DNA from: an uncultured Gemmatimonadales bacterium | Lineage (GTDB): Bacteria > Gemmatimonadota > Gemmatimonadetes > Longimicrobiales > Gaopeijiaceae | Length of the DNA stretch: 64,000 nt | Assembly (NCBI GenBank): GCA_963809895.1 | Contig: CAWELD010000003.1 | Coordinates: 864,001-928,000, forward strand | Direction of reading: 5' to 3' | In this document: positions 37,083 through 46,529 of the stretch, piece after piece | How positions within the stretch are numbered: the first letter of the stretch is position 1 | Layout: each line of letters begins with the position of its first letter | Made by a program: the position numbers and the translations under genes | Notes under the pieces: generated by a model | The model's database searches: none | Told to the model about the DNA's origin: nothing | Seen by the model: only the letters and a program-made list of their open reading frames with translations

Positions 37083-38056
37083 TGAATGCACTCTCTGGCC
37101 CCTCCACCACCGTGGGTGTGGTGGGGGGGAGTGGCTATACGGGGCTCGAGGTCCTGCATCTGCTGGCACGCCACGACGGCGTGCGCGTCGGCTTCGCCAC
37201 GGCCCGCAGCGACGCGGGCAGCGCGACCCCGGTAGCAGGGCTGGACTTCAGCGAGGCCCACGGCGATGTCGTGTCGGAGGCCGACCTGCTCTTCCTCTGT
37301 CTGCCCCACGGCGCCGCCGTATCGTGGGTCGAGGAGGCCCGGGCCGCCGGTACGCGCGTCGTGGACCTGACGGCGGACCACCGGCCCGGCTCGGGGCGCG
37401 AAGCGGACGTGGTCTACGGTCTTCCGGACCGGTCACCGGCCGGATTGTCCGACGCGCCGGTGGTGGCCAACCCCGGCTGCTATCCCACTGGGGTGATCCT
37501 GTCGCTGGCGCCGCTGCTCGAGGCCGGGCTTCTCGACCTCGGCCGGCCCGCGGTCGTCCACGCCGCCTCGGGAGTCACCGGCGCAGGACGCTCGCCCCGC
37601 CGTGACCTCCTGTTCGCCGAGGTCCACGGGGATTTCCGGCCCTACGGTCTGGGCAACGACCACCGGCACCTGCTGGAGATGCGCGCCGCGCTGCCGGGAC
37701 TCCAGCTCCTCTTCACGCCCCACCTGCTACCCGTGCCGCGGGGCATCCTGGAGACGATGGCGGTGCCGGTGCGGCCGGGGGTCGACGCGGACACGGTGCG
37801 AGCGCTCTGGCGCGCGGCCTATGACGAGAGCCCGTCGGTCCGGGTGCGCGACGAGGCCCCTTCGCTGGGCCGGGTGGTGGGGACCGACGAACTGTTGCTC
37901 TCGGTCCACGACAACCAGGGCCTGACCGCGCCGACCCTCACGCTGGTGGCGGCTTTCGACAACCTGGGCAAGGGTGCCGCCGGCCAGGCGGTCCAGAACA
38001 TGAACCTCATGCTCGGCTTCGATGCCGGGAAGGGTCTTCGATGCGGACGGTGGTGA
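37082..38056 (+). CDS. argC: N-acetyl-gamma-glutamyl-phosphate reductase
   Basis: GGSGYTG, LCLPHG, ANPGCY, SGVTGAG, DNLGKGAAGQAVQNMN. Confidence 0.93.
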   Translation: MNALSGPSTTVGVVGGSGYTGLEVLHLLARHDGVRVGFATARSDAGSATPVAGLDFSEAHGDVVSEADLLFLCLPHGAAVSWVEEARAAGTRVVDLTADHRPGSGREADVVYGLPDRSPAGLSDAPVVANPGCYPTGVILSLAPLLEAGLLDLGRPAVVHAASGVTGAGRSPRRDLLFAEVHGDFRPYGLGNDHRHLLEMRAALPGLQLLFTPHLLPVPRGILETMAVPVRPGVDADTVRALWRAAYDESPSVRVRDEAPSLGRVVGTDELLLSVHDNQGLTAPTLTLVAAFDNLGKGAAGQAVQNMNLMLGFDAGKGLRCGRW

Positions 38057-38802
38057 AGGTGGGAGGACGCGTCGTGGAGGATCCCGACGCGCTCGAGGTC
38101 CTGGCGCGCCGGCTGGGTTCGCTTCCGGGGCAGCCCGTCGTGGTACACGGCGGCGGCTCCGCCATTACGGAGTGGCAGGCCCGCGCCGGTGTGCCGGTGG
38201 CCTTTCAGGACGGCTTGCGCGTGACCTCGCCCGAAGGCATGGAGGTCACGGCCATGGTCCTCTCGGGGCTCATGAACAAGCGCCTGGTCGCCGCGCTCCT
38301 GAGCGCCGGGGAGCCGGCAGTGGGCCTGTCCGGAGAGGATGGAGCCCTGCTGCAGGCGGCGTGGAAGGACCGGGAGCGTCTCGGCGAGGTCGGCGAGGTC
38401 GTAGCCGTGAACCCCACGCCCATCGCTGCGCTGCTGGCGGCGGGACTCCTGCCGGTGGTGTCACCGGTGTCGCGGGGACCCGACGGCCGTCCCCTAAACG
38501 TGAATGCCGACGAGGCGGCCATCGCCCTGGCCGTGGGGCTGAACGCGCATCGCCTGCTGCTCGTTTCCGACGTCGACGGGGTGCTGGTGGACGGCATGCC
38601 CCGGGGCATGCTGGATCCGGCGGGCGCGGACGATCTCCTGGACAGCGGCGTCGTCACGGGAGGCATGGCCGTGAAGGTGCGGCAGGCGTTGGTCGCCGCC
38701 CGGGCCGGGGTCGAGGTCCGCATCGGCGGTCCGGCCATCCTGAACGACGACTTCGCGGGCACCCGTATCCGGTCGGCCTCGCGCGCCGAGGCGGTGGCGT
38801 GA
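38041..38802 (+). CDS. argB: Acetylglutamate kinase
   Basis: VKVGG, VHGGG, GLRVT, NVNAD, SDVDG, GGMAVK. Confidence 0.92.
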   Translation: MRTVVKVGGRVVEDPDALEVLARRLGSLPGQPVVVHGGGSAITEWQARAGVPVAFQDGLRVTSPEGMEVTAMVLSGLMNKRLVAALLSAGEPAVGLSGEDGALLQAAWKDRERLGEVGEVVAVNPTPIAALLAAGLLPVVSPVSRGPDGRPLNVNADEAAIALAVGLNAHRLLLVSDVDGVLVDGMPRGMLDPAGADDLLDSGVVTGGMAVKVRQALVAARAGVEVRIGGPAILNDDFAGTRIRSASRAEAVA

Positions 38803-39983
38803 GCGGAGCCGCCGTGGATCAGCGCGCCGGGCTTCTGGGGCTCTACGCCCCGCCCGAGCCCCTGTTCGTGGCCGGTGACGGAGCCTGGCTCATCGACGGC
38901 GAAGGGAAGCGCTACCTCGACTTCACCGCGGGCATCGCCGTGAACGCCCTGGGCCACGGCAGTCCCGTGGTGGCGGACGCCGTGCGCGAGGCCCTGGACA
39001 CGGGCTTGATCCACACCTCGAACCTCTTTCGCACCACCCCCGCGGAGCAGCTCGCCGCGGAGCTGATCGACGTCACCTTCCCAGGCGGCGTGTTCTTCTG
39101 CAACTCCGGCGCCGAAGCCGGCGAGGCGGCCTTCAAGTTCGCGCGGCGCTGGGCTCGCGCCGCCGGTGGACCGGACAAGCACGGCATCGTGGCCTTCCAC
39201 GGCTCGTTCCACGGTCGACTCTTCGGCACCCTCGCGGCCACGGATCGGCCGGCCTACCGGGAGCCCTTCGAGCCGCTCATGCCCGGTGTTCGCTTCGCCG
39301 ATCTCGATGACCTCTCCACGCTGGACGCCGCCGTGAGCGGCGCCGGCACGGCCGCCGTGGTGGTGGAGCCGGTGCAGGGTGAGGGCGGTGTGCGCCCCGT
39401 GCCCCCGGAGGTTCTTCGCCACATCCGGGATCTGTGTGACGCCCGCGGCGTGGCGTTGATCTTCGACGAGGTACAGTGCGGATACGGGCGCACGGGCGAC
39501 CTGTTCGCGTACGAGGCCTCGGGCGTGCGCCCGGACCTCCTCACGCTGGCCAAGCCCATGGCCGGTGGACTGCCCATGGGGGCGGTGGTGGCGGCGCCCC
39601 ACATCGCCGAGGCGCTGAAGCCCGGCGATCACGCGACCACGTTCGGGGGTGGACCGCTGGTGGCCACCGTGGCGCGCGCCGTCCTGCGCACCCTCTCCCA
39701 GCCGGCGTTTCTCGACGGTGTGCGCGAGCGCGGGCAACGACTCGAGCACGCACTGGAGGAACTGGCGTCGCAGGCTCCGGGGGTGCGCGCCTTGAGAGGG
39801 CGTGGGCTCATGCGAGGCGTCGTGCTCGACGGTCCGGCCGCGCCGGTGGTAACCGAGGCCAGGGAGCGGGGTCTTCTCGTCTGCTCGGCCGGCCCCGACG
39901 TGGTGCGTCTGGTACCGCCCTTGAACATCGATCTGGACCTGCTGGACCGGGGCGTGGACATTCTGCGCCGTGTCCTCTCGTGA
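38799..39983 (+). CDS. argD: Acetylornithine aminotransferase
   Basis: YLDFTAGIAVNALGH, NSGAEA, FHGR, EPVQGEGG, FDEVQCG, LAKPMAGG. Confidence 0.92.
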   Translation: MSGAAVDQRAGLLGLYAPPEPLFVAGDGAWLIDGEGKRYLDFTAGIAVNALGHGSPVVADAVREALDTGLIHTSNLFRTTPAEQLAAELIDVTFPGGVFFCNSGAEAGEAAFKFARRWARAAGGPDKHGIVAFHGSFHGRLFGTLAATDRPAYREPFEPLMPGVRFADLDDLSTLDAAVSGAGTAAVVVEPVQGEGGVRPVPPEVLRHIRDLCDARGVALIFDEVQCGYGRTGDLFAYEASGVRPDLLTLAKPMAGGLPMGAVVAAPHIAEALKPGDHATTFGGGPLVATVARAVLRTLSQPAFLDGVRERGQRLEHALEELASQAPGVRALRGRGLMRGVVLDGPAAPVVTEARERGLLVCSAGPDVVRLVPPLNIDLDLLDRGVDILRRVLS

Positions 39984-40561
39984 GCGCGGCCGCACCCCTT
40001 GCGCTCTCCGAGCGCTCCCGCAGGGCCACGCTCGGCGACACCGCCGCCATGAGCGCCCTCATCAACGGCTATGCGGCCCAGGGCCTGATGCTGCCCAAGT
40101 CGGTGCCCGAGTTGTGCCGCTTCTTCCGGGAATACCGGGTGGCGACGTCGTCCAGCGGGGAGCTCCTCGCCTGCGGCGGATTGAGGATCTACACCCCGGA
40201 CCTCGCCGAGATCGTGGGCCTGGCCGTGGCGCCGGCGTCCCAGGGCAGGGGCCTGGGCCGCGTTCTCGTCGAGGAGCTCACCGAAGACGCACGCCGGCTC
40301 GGAATCGGGCGGATCTTCGCCATGACCTTCGAGGCCGACTTCTTCGGGCGTCTCGGCTTCCACCCCGTGACGCGGGACAGCATTCCGGAGAAGATGGCGG
40401 CCGATTGCAGGAGCTGCGCGCGCCGTGTGGGGTGCCAGGAGATCGCCGTCGCGCGCACGCTCGCCCCGCTGCCCCGGAGCGTTGCGGGGTGGCCGCGTGG
40501 GTCGGACGCACGGGCGCTTCGCCCCCTGCGGGTGTTGACATCATACAGTCATAGTGTATAA
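39980..40561 (+). CDS. argA: GNAT-type N-acetylglutamate synthase
   Basis: YAAQGLMLPKS, AEIVGLAV, QGRGLG, FFGRLGF, PEKMAADCRSC; located in the arg cluster. Confidence 0.75.
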   Translation: MSAAAPLALSERSRRATLGDTAAMSALINGYAAQGLMLPKSVPELCRFFREYRVATSSSGELLACGGLRIYTPDLAEIVGLAVAPASQGRGLGRVLVEELTEDARRLGIGRIFAMTFEADFFGRLGFHPVTRDSIPEKMAADCRSCARRVGCQEIAVARTLAPLPRSVAGWPRGSDARALRPLRVLTSYSHSV

Positions 40562-40570
40562 TTATGCCCT
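40532..40570 (+). promoter_or_regulatory. Consensus sigma70 promoter with ARG box(es) for (argG)-argH
   Basis: TTGACA(40535)-16-TATAAT(40557); ARG box AGTGTATAATTATGCCCT (40553-40570) and an upstream ATACA half-site. Confidence 0.85.
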
Positions 40571-40739
40571 GATGCGGGATCGTGGATCTCGCGTGGGAAC
40601 CATGACGGGACCGGGGGCAGGACTGAAAGGGAGCGATCCCACCGGCGCCTTGGCGGGAGGCGTCCGGCGACCTGACCCCCGGCCCGGCTTCTTTTTTCAC
40701 CCCACGGCGCGGTCCGGCGCCCCCACCCCGGACGCGGCC

Positions 40740-40919
40740 AGCGAGTTGGCGACCTTCGGCGCCAGCGACTACGATCACGCGGACGCCGCCGGGTTCATCC
40801 GGCTCTTCGGTCTGCCCGTGCGCGCCGCCGCGGCCCTCCAGGCCACCCGGAACGGGAATCACCGGGCTGGAGACGCGGTGGGCGCGTTGTTGCGCGAGGT
40901 GGCGGGCCTGGGAGTCTGA
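40740..40919 (+). pseudogene. argG: C-terminal relic of argininosuccinate synthase
   Basis: SELATFGASDYDHADAAGFIRLFGLPVR resembles the ArgG C-terminus (LAT.....D..DA.GFI.L.GLP); the rest of the gene is absent. Confidence 0.75.
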
Positions 40920-40977
40920 GGTCCGTTCCGGTCGCAGACCGGGGGCGCATCGACACTCTTCCATCCCGCCACGATCC

Positions 40978-42382
40978 ATGAGCCTGTCCGACGACACCCC
41001 GAAACCCGCCGGCGCCCTCTGGGGAGGCCGCTTCGAGGGCGGCATGGCGCCGTCCATGATCCCCCTGAACCTCAGCCTCGACGTGGATCGGCGCCTCTGG
41101 CGTCAGGATCTGCGTGGGAGCCGGGCCTGGGCCACGGCGCTGGGGCGCGCCGGTGTGCTGTCGGAGGATGAGGTCGACGCCCTCCACCGGGGACTGGACG
41201 CCGTGAAGGCGCGCCTGCAGGCCTGGACCTGGGGAGGCGAGCCCGACGAGGACATCCACTCGCTGGTGGAGCGGCTTCTGCACGAGGAAGCGGGACCGGT
41301 CGCCGGCAAGCTGCACACCGGTCGCTCGCGCAACGATCAGGTGGCCACCGACCTGCGGCTCTGGGTCCGGGACGAGATCGGGCCGCTGGTGGAGGCCCTG
41401 GGGCAGTTGGCCGGTGGTCTCGTGGAGCTGGCCACCTCGGGTGTGGACCTCATCATGCCCGGGTACACGCACCTGCAGCAGGCCCAGCCCATTCGGGCGG
41501 CCCATTGGGCCCTCGCCCACGTGTGGCCCCTGCTCCGGGATCGCCGGCGCCTGAGGGCGGTGGATCGCTCCGCCGCCGAGCTTCCCCTCGGGCAGCGGCG
41601 CGGTGGCGGGGTGCCCGTTTCCGGTGGACCGGGAAGAGCTGGCGCTGGCGCTGGGGTTTCAGACCGTGAGCGCCAACAGCCTGGACGCGATCAGCGACCG
41701 GGACTTCGTGGCGGAGCTCCTCTTCGCCGGCGCGCTCCTGGGGGTGCACCTGTCGCGGCTCGCCGAGGACCTGGTCCTGTTCTCCTCGCGCGAGTTCGCC
41801 TTCGTCCGCCTGGACGACGGCTACTCCACCGGCTCGAGCCTCATGCCGCAGAAGCGCAATCCCGACGTCGCGGAGCTCAGCCGGGGCAAGAGCGGGCGGC
41901 TGACCGGCAACCTCATGGGGATGCTCACGCTGCTCAAGGGTCTGCCCACGGGCTACAATCGGGACCTGCAGGAGGACAAGTCGCTCCTCTTCGATACGGT
42001 GGACACGCTCCGCCTGGTCCTGCCGGCGCTGGCCGGCGCCGTCGCCACGGCCCGCTTTCGGCCCGAGCACATCCACGAGCGGCTGGACACGCAGCTTCTC
42101 GCCACCGACCTGGCGGACTATCTGGTGCGCCGGGGCGTGCCGTTCCGCCGGAGCCACGAAGCCGTGGGCATCCTGGTGCGCCGAGCCGAGGAGCGCGGTT
42201 GCTCGCTGGAGGACCTGGCCGACGAGGACTACCAGGCCGCGCATCCGGCCTTCGACGCCGACGTGCGCGGGGTCTTCGACTGGGACCGCTCGGTCGACTC
42301 CCGCGCGGCCCAGGGCGGGACGGCCCGGGAGGCCGTCGTGACCCAGCTGGCCACGGCCCGGGAGCAGCTCTCGGAATCGTGA
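40978..42382 (+). CDS. argH: Argininosuccinate lyase, +1 frameshift at about 41591
   Basis: LWGGRF, GKLHTGRSRNDQ, MPGYTHLQ, LPLG/SGAVAG broken by an extra G, STGSSLMPQKRNPD, YNRDLQEDK. Confidence 0.9.
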
Positions 42383-42392
42383 GCCGCAGCGG

Positions 42393-43430
42393 CTACGCCG
42401 CGGCCACTTCGACCTCGCGCATGGTGCGGCCCGCCGCGGCCGCGAAGGGCCGAAGCGCTTCCATGAAGGCGTCGAAGCCGTCCAGGGTGAGGGACTGATC
42501 ACCGTCCGAGACCGCCCGCTCCGGATCCGGGTGCACCTCCACCAGCAGCCCGTCGGCGCCCGCGGCCACCGACGCCAACGCAAGCGGCGTCACCAGCTCG
42601 CGGATCCCCCCGGCGTGGCTCGGATCGGCGAACACGGGCAGGTGCGTCTCGCGCTTGAGCACCGGAATCGCCGACACGTCCAGCGTGTTGCGCGTCGCCG
42701 TCTCGAAGGTGCGGATGCCCCGTTCGCACAGGATCACCTGCATGTTGCCCTGGCTCATGACGTACTCGGCGGCCAGAAGCAGGTCCTTGACCGTGGCGCT
42801 CATGCCCCGCTTCAGCAGGACGGGCCGGTGCAGGCGCCCCACCTCGGTGAGCAGCGCGAAGTTCTGCATGTTGCGGGCTCCGATCTGGAGCACGTCGGCG
42901 TAGCCGGCCACCAGCTCCACCTGACGGGTGTCCATGACCTCCGTGACCACCGGCAGGCCCGTCTCGCGCCGCACGTCGGCCAGGTGGCGAAGTCCTTCCT
43001 CGCCCAGCCCCCGGAAGGCGTAGGGAGAGGTGCGGGGCTTGAAGGCGCCGCCCCGGAGCCCGAGACCCCCGGCCGCCGCGACCCGGGCACCGGTCTCCCG
43101 CAGCATGTCGAGCCCCTCCACCGAGCAGGGCCCCGCCACCACCACCAGCTCGTCGCCGCCGACGTCGGTGGATCCCAGCGGGATGCGCGTGGGACCGGCG
43201 GCGAAGGGCCGTGACGCCAGCTTGTAGGGCTTGAGCACGGGGTGCACCGCCTCCACGCCCGGGATCGAGCGCAGGGGGATCTCCCGCAGGCGGGTCTCGT
43301 CGCCCACGCAGCCGATGACCGTGCGTTGCTCTCCCCGCGACAGGTGCGTGCGGAGCCCCAGCGACTCCACCCGCTCGCGAATGTGGTCCAGCTCCTCGTC
43401 GGTGACGCCGGCTCGGGTCACGATGATCAT
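42393..43430 (-). CDS. aroF: DAHP synthase type I-beta with N-terminal regulatory domain
   Basis: [44 protein letters not shown]. Confidence 0.93.
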   Translation of the reverse strand: MIIVTRAGVTDEELDHIRERVESLGLRTHLSRGEQRTVIGCVGDETRLREIPLRSIPGVEAVHPVLKPYKLASRPFAAGPTRIPLGSTDVGGDELVVVAGPCSVEGLDMLRETGARVAAAGGLGLRGGAFKPRTSPYAFRGLGEEGLRHLADVRRETGLPVVTEVMDTRQVELVAGYADVLQIGARNMQNFALLTEVGRLHRPVLLKRGMSATVKDLLLAAEYVMSQGNMQVILCERGIRTFETATRNTLDVSAIPVLKRETHLPVFADPSHAGGIRELVTPLALASVAAGADGLLVEVHPDPERAVSDGDQSLTLDGFDAFMEALRPFAAAAGRTMREVEVAAA

Positions 43431-43490
43431 GGTTCCTCTCTCCTGGTGTCGTGGCGGCGGGCGTCGCCGGCCGTATGGGGTTCGGACACG

Positions 43491-43529
43491 AAAAAACCGG
43501 GCCCCCGGGGGATCGTCCCGGGGGCCCGG
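43491..43529 (-). terminator. Attenuator terminator in the aroF leader
   Basis: Perfect 13-bp stem CCGGGCCCCCGGG/CCCGGGGGCCCGG followed by T6 on the minus strand. Confidence 0.85.
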
Positions 43530-43553
43530 CTCGGATGCCGTCTTGCGGCGATC

Positions 43554-43649
43554 TCAGAGCACGCGCGGACTCCCGGCGCCCGTGGGGTAGCCGTAATACC
43601 AGAAGCCGAAATGCCGGCGCCGGGTGAACGTGCTCGCGTGCGGTGTCAT
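43554..43649 (-). CDS. aroF leader peptide (31 aa, MTPHASTFTRRRHFGFWYYGYPTGAGSPRVL)
   Basis: Seven aromatic codons (3 Phe, 1 Trp, 3 Tyr), six of them in FGFWYYGY; between promoter and terminator. Confidence 0.8.
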   Translation of the reverse strand: MTPHASTFTRRRHFGFWYYGYPTGAGSPRVL

Positions 43650-43656
43650 GGCTTCA

Positions 43657-43685
43657 AGGTTCGGAGCCCCGTGTCGACGTGTCAA
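43657..43685 (-). promoter_or_regulatory. Promoter of the aroF leader
   Basis: TTGACA (43685-43680)-17-GAACCT; leader ATG 7 nt downstream. Confidence 0.6.
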
Positions 43686-43802
43686 TGGTCGGGGGCGGTC
43701 TGGACCCCGAGGGGGGAGCTTCGATACCTTTTCGCCGCCGTTCGCGCCCTCCCCGCGGGCACACACGTTCCCTCTTATCCACCCCGGTCGGAGGACCCCC
43801 TG

Positions 43803-44708
43803 ATGGAAGCCGCGACCCGCCCCTCACTCGACGAGCTGGGCCTCTCCCTGGGCAAGAAGACCCGACTGCATCGGCTCCTCTACGAGCACGGCCTCAAGAA
43901 TGGCACGCTGCTCCTGCTCCCCATCGATCAGGGGCTGGAGCACGGGCCCATCGACTTCTTCCCGAACCCGCCGTCGGCAGACCCCGAGTTCCAGTGGCGT
44001 CTCGCCGTGGAAGGGGGCTACAACGGCGTGGCCTGCCACTACGGTCTGGCCCGCAAGTACATGGACCGCTACGCCGGCAAGGTGCCCCTCGTCCTCAAGC
44101 TCAACGGAAAGACCAACATTCCGTCCGACGACGAGGCCTTGTCCACGCTCACCGGCAGCGTGGAAGACGCGGTCGCCATGGGCGCGGATGCGGTGGGCTA
44201 CACGCTCTACGTGGGCTCCCCCCGGCAGGACGAGGACTTCCTCCAGCTGCAGGCCGTGCGCGAGGACTGTGACCGCTACGGGATGCCCCTGATCGTGTGG
44301 TCCTACCCCCGCGGCGCGGCCATCGACGGCAAGGGCGGCCGGGACAGCCTCTACGCCGTGGACTACGCCGCCCGGGTGGCCCTGGAGCTCGGTGCGGACG
44401 TGGTGAAGCTCAACATGCCCAAGCACAGCGACAACGACGCCGCACAGCCGAAGAAGTACGCCGAGATCGACTTCGACTACGGCGAGGGCGCACGCCGGGT
44501 CGTGGCCTCGGCCGGACGCTGCCTGGTCCTCTTCAGCGGCGGGAGCAAACTGGGTGACGACGACCTGCTGGAGAAGGCGCGCGTCGGCATGCAGGGCGGC
44601 GCCACGGGCCTGATCTTCGGCCGCAACATGTGGCAGCGGCCCTTCGACGAGGCCCTCGCCATCACGCAGCGGGTCAAGGCCGAGGTCCTCAGCAACTTCG
44701 GGTCCTGA
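43803..44708 (+). CDS. fbaB: Class I (DhnA-type) fructose-bisphosphate aldolase
   Basis: LPIDQGLEHGP, LKLNGKT, AVGYTLYVGS, WSYPRG, LGADVVK, FSGG, IFGRN. Confidence 0.85.
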   Translation: MEAATRPSLDELGLSLGKKTRLHRLLYEHGLKNGTLLLLPIDQGLEHGPIDFFPNPPSADPEFQWRLAVEGGYNGVACHYGLARKYMDRYAGKVPLVLKLNGKTNIPSDDEALSTLTGSVEDAVAMGADAVGYTLYVGSPRQDEDFLQLQAVREDCDRYGMPLIVWSYPRGAAIDGKGGRDSLYAVDYAARVALELGADVVKLNMPKHSDNDAAQPKKYAEIDFDYGEGARRVVASAGRCLVLFSGGSKLGDDDLLEKARVGMQGGATGLIFGRNMWQRPFDEALAITQRVKAEVLSNFGS

Positions 44709-44713
44709 GCCCG

Positions 44714-45418
44714 GTGGCCACGGCGGCCGAGCTCAAGCGCGCCGCCGCCGAGGAGGCGTTGAAGCGGGTTGCTCCGGGCATGCGCCTGGGGCTCGGCACC
44801 GGGAGCACGGTGGCCCACTTCCTGGATCTCCTCGGGCACGCCGTCCAGGAGGGCCGCCTCGCGGGCATCAGCGGGGTGCCCACCTCGCACCGCACCGCGG
44901 ATCACGCCCGACGCCTGGGCATCCCCCTGGCCGAGCTCGACGGATCGCCGCTGGATCTGGCCGTGGACGGCGCCGACGAGGTGGATCCGGCCCTCAACCT
45001 GATCAAGGGGATGGGGGGAGCGCTGCTGCGGGAGAAGATGGTGGCGCAGGCGGCGAAGCGCTTCGTGATCGTCGTGGATGCCTCCAAGGAGGTGGAGCGG
45101 CTCGGGACGCGCTCCGCCCTCCCGGTCGAGGTGGTGCCCTACGGCTGGAAGGTCCACCTCGACGTGATCCGGGGTCTGGGAGGGAAGGGGAAGTTCCGAC
45201 GGGACGACAACGGCCGACCCATCTACACCGATAACGGTAACATCATACTGGACTGCGATTTCGAGGCTGGGGTCTCAGATCCGTTCGAGGTGGAGCGCGT
45301 GCTGCGGTCGCGGGCCGGCGTGGTGGCCACGGGCCTGTTCCTGGGCCTGACCCACGAGGTCCTGGTGGCCCACGCCGACGGCGTCCGGTCGCGGACCCTC
45401 GTCGAGGCCGGGTCGTGA
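44714..45418 (+). CDS. rpiA: Ribose-5-phosphate isomerase A
   Basis: [30 protein letters not shown]. Confidence 0.93.
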   Translation: MATAAELKRAAAEEALKRVAPGMRLGLGTGSTVAHFLDLLGHAVQEGRLAGISGVPTSHRTADHARRLGIPLAELDGSPLDLAVDGADEVDPALNLIKGMGGALLREKMVAQAAKRFVIVVDASKEVERLGTRSALPVEVVPYGWKVHLDVIRGLGGKGKFRRDDNGRPIYTDNGNIILDCDFEAGVSDPFEVERVLRSRAGVVATGLFLGLTHEVLVAHADGVRSRTLVEAGS

Positions 45419-46095
45419 GCACCCTGCTCGCTCCCTCGATCCTGGCGTCGGATTTCGGACGACTGGCCGAGGAGATCGCCGCGGTGGAGGGGGCCGGCGC
45501 CGATTGGATCCACGTGGACGTCATGGACGGCCATTTCGTCCCCAACATCACCATGGGACCGTTGGTGGTGCGGGCGGCGCGGCGGGCGACGGAGCTGCCG
45601 CTGGACGTGCATCTCATGATCGAGGCGCCGGACCGCTACCTGGAGGCCTTCGCCGAAGCGGGTGCGTCTGTCCTGACCGTGCACCAGGAGGCGTGTCCCC
45701 ATCTGCACCGCACGGTCCAGCGGATTCGCGAGATGGGCGTGAAGGCCGGTGTGGCCCTGAACCCGGCGACCCCCGTGGAGTCCTTGTCCGAGATCGCCTC
45801 GTACGTGGACCTGGTGCTGGTGATGACCGTGAACCCGGGATTCGGCGGGCAGTCCTTCATCCGCACCGGGCTCGACAAGATCCGGCGCACGCGGGCGCTG
45901 CTGGACCGCACGGCGTCAGGCGCACGCCTCGAGGTCGATGGCGGTGTGGACGCCTCCAACGCAGCGGCGCTGGCCGAAGCCGGAGCCACGGTCCTGGTGG
46001 CGGGGTCGGCGGTGTACCGACACCCGTCGGGACCCGAAGAAGGTGTGGCTGCCCTGCGATCCGCGCTGGAGTCCGCCGGCACGCACCGGGTCTGA
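45415..46095 (+). CDS. rpe: Ribulose-phosphate 3-epimerase
   Basis: [39 protein letters not shown]. Confidence 0.95.
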   Translation: MSTLLAPSILASDFGRLAEEIAAVEGAGADWIHVDVMDGHFVPNITMGPLVVRAARRATELPLDVHLMIEAPDRYLEAFAEAGASVLTVHQEACPHLHRTVQRIREMGVKAGVALNPATPVESLSEIASYVDLVLVMTVNPGFGGQSFIRTGLDKIRRTRALLDRTASGARLEVDGGVDASNAAALAEAGATVLVAGSAVYRHPSGPEEGVAALRSALESAGTHRV

Positions 46096-46163
46096 CGCTC
46101 TCCGGACCGTGCGGCTCGGAGTCGTGATTGCCGGAGCCCTCTCCCCCGGATTAGACTCAGCAC

Positions 46164-46529
46164 ATGAGCGACGACGACCTGGTGATCGACCCTGCGGCCA
46201 TCGATCGGCTGCGGGAGTGGGGCGGTGACAAGCTGGTTCGCCAGATGATCCGTCTCTATCTGGAGAACGCCCAGGTCCGGCTGGATCAGATCCAGGCGGG
46301 CCTTTCGGGCGCCGAGCCCCTGGAGCGCACGCAGCAGGGCGCCCACTCGCTGAAGTCCAGCGCGGCCAACGTGGGTGCGCGACGGGTCAATCACCTCGCC
46401 GCCCAGCTCGAGGCCTCGGCCGGCGACGGAGACGGCGAGGCTTCCGCCGATCTCCGGGACCAGCTTCTTCCGGTCCTCGACGAGGCGAAGCACGCCCTGG
46501 AGACCCTGGTGGAGGGACTGCCGGAATGA
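46164..46529 (+). CDS. Stand-alone Hpt phosphotransfer protein
   Basis: AHSLKSSAANVGA motif. Confidence 0.85.
   Translation: MSDDDLVIDPAAIDRLREWGGDKLVRQMIRLYLENAQVRLDQIQAGLSGAEPLERTQQGAHSLKSSAANVGARRVNHLAAQLEASAGDGDGEASADLRDQLLPVLDEAKHALETLVEGLPE

Noticed and set aside
37082..39983. LysW-dependent lysine pathway (lysY/Z/J)
   Set aside because: No lysW or lysX; flanked by argR, ARG boxes, a GNAT argA and argH.
41585..41605. Programmed frameshifting or phase variation at argH and the other broken genes
   Set aside because: No slippery heptamers or long repeat tracts; uniform +1 insertions suggest sequencing error.
43803..46095. Calvin cycle operon, or fbaB as an ADH synthase of the alternative shikimate route
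   Set aside because: No RuBisCO, phosphoribulokinase or DHQ synthase II in the window; a canonical DAHP synthase is adjacent.
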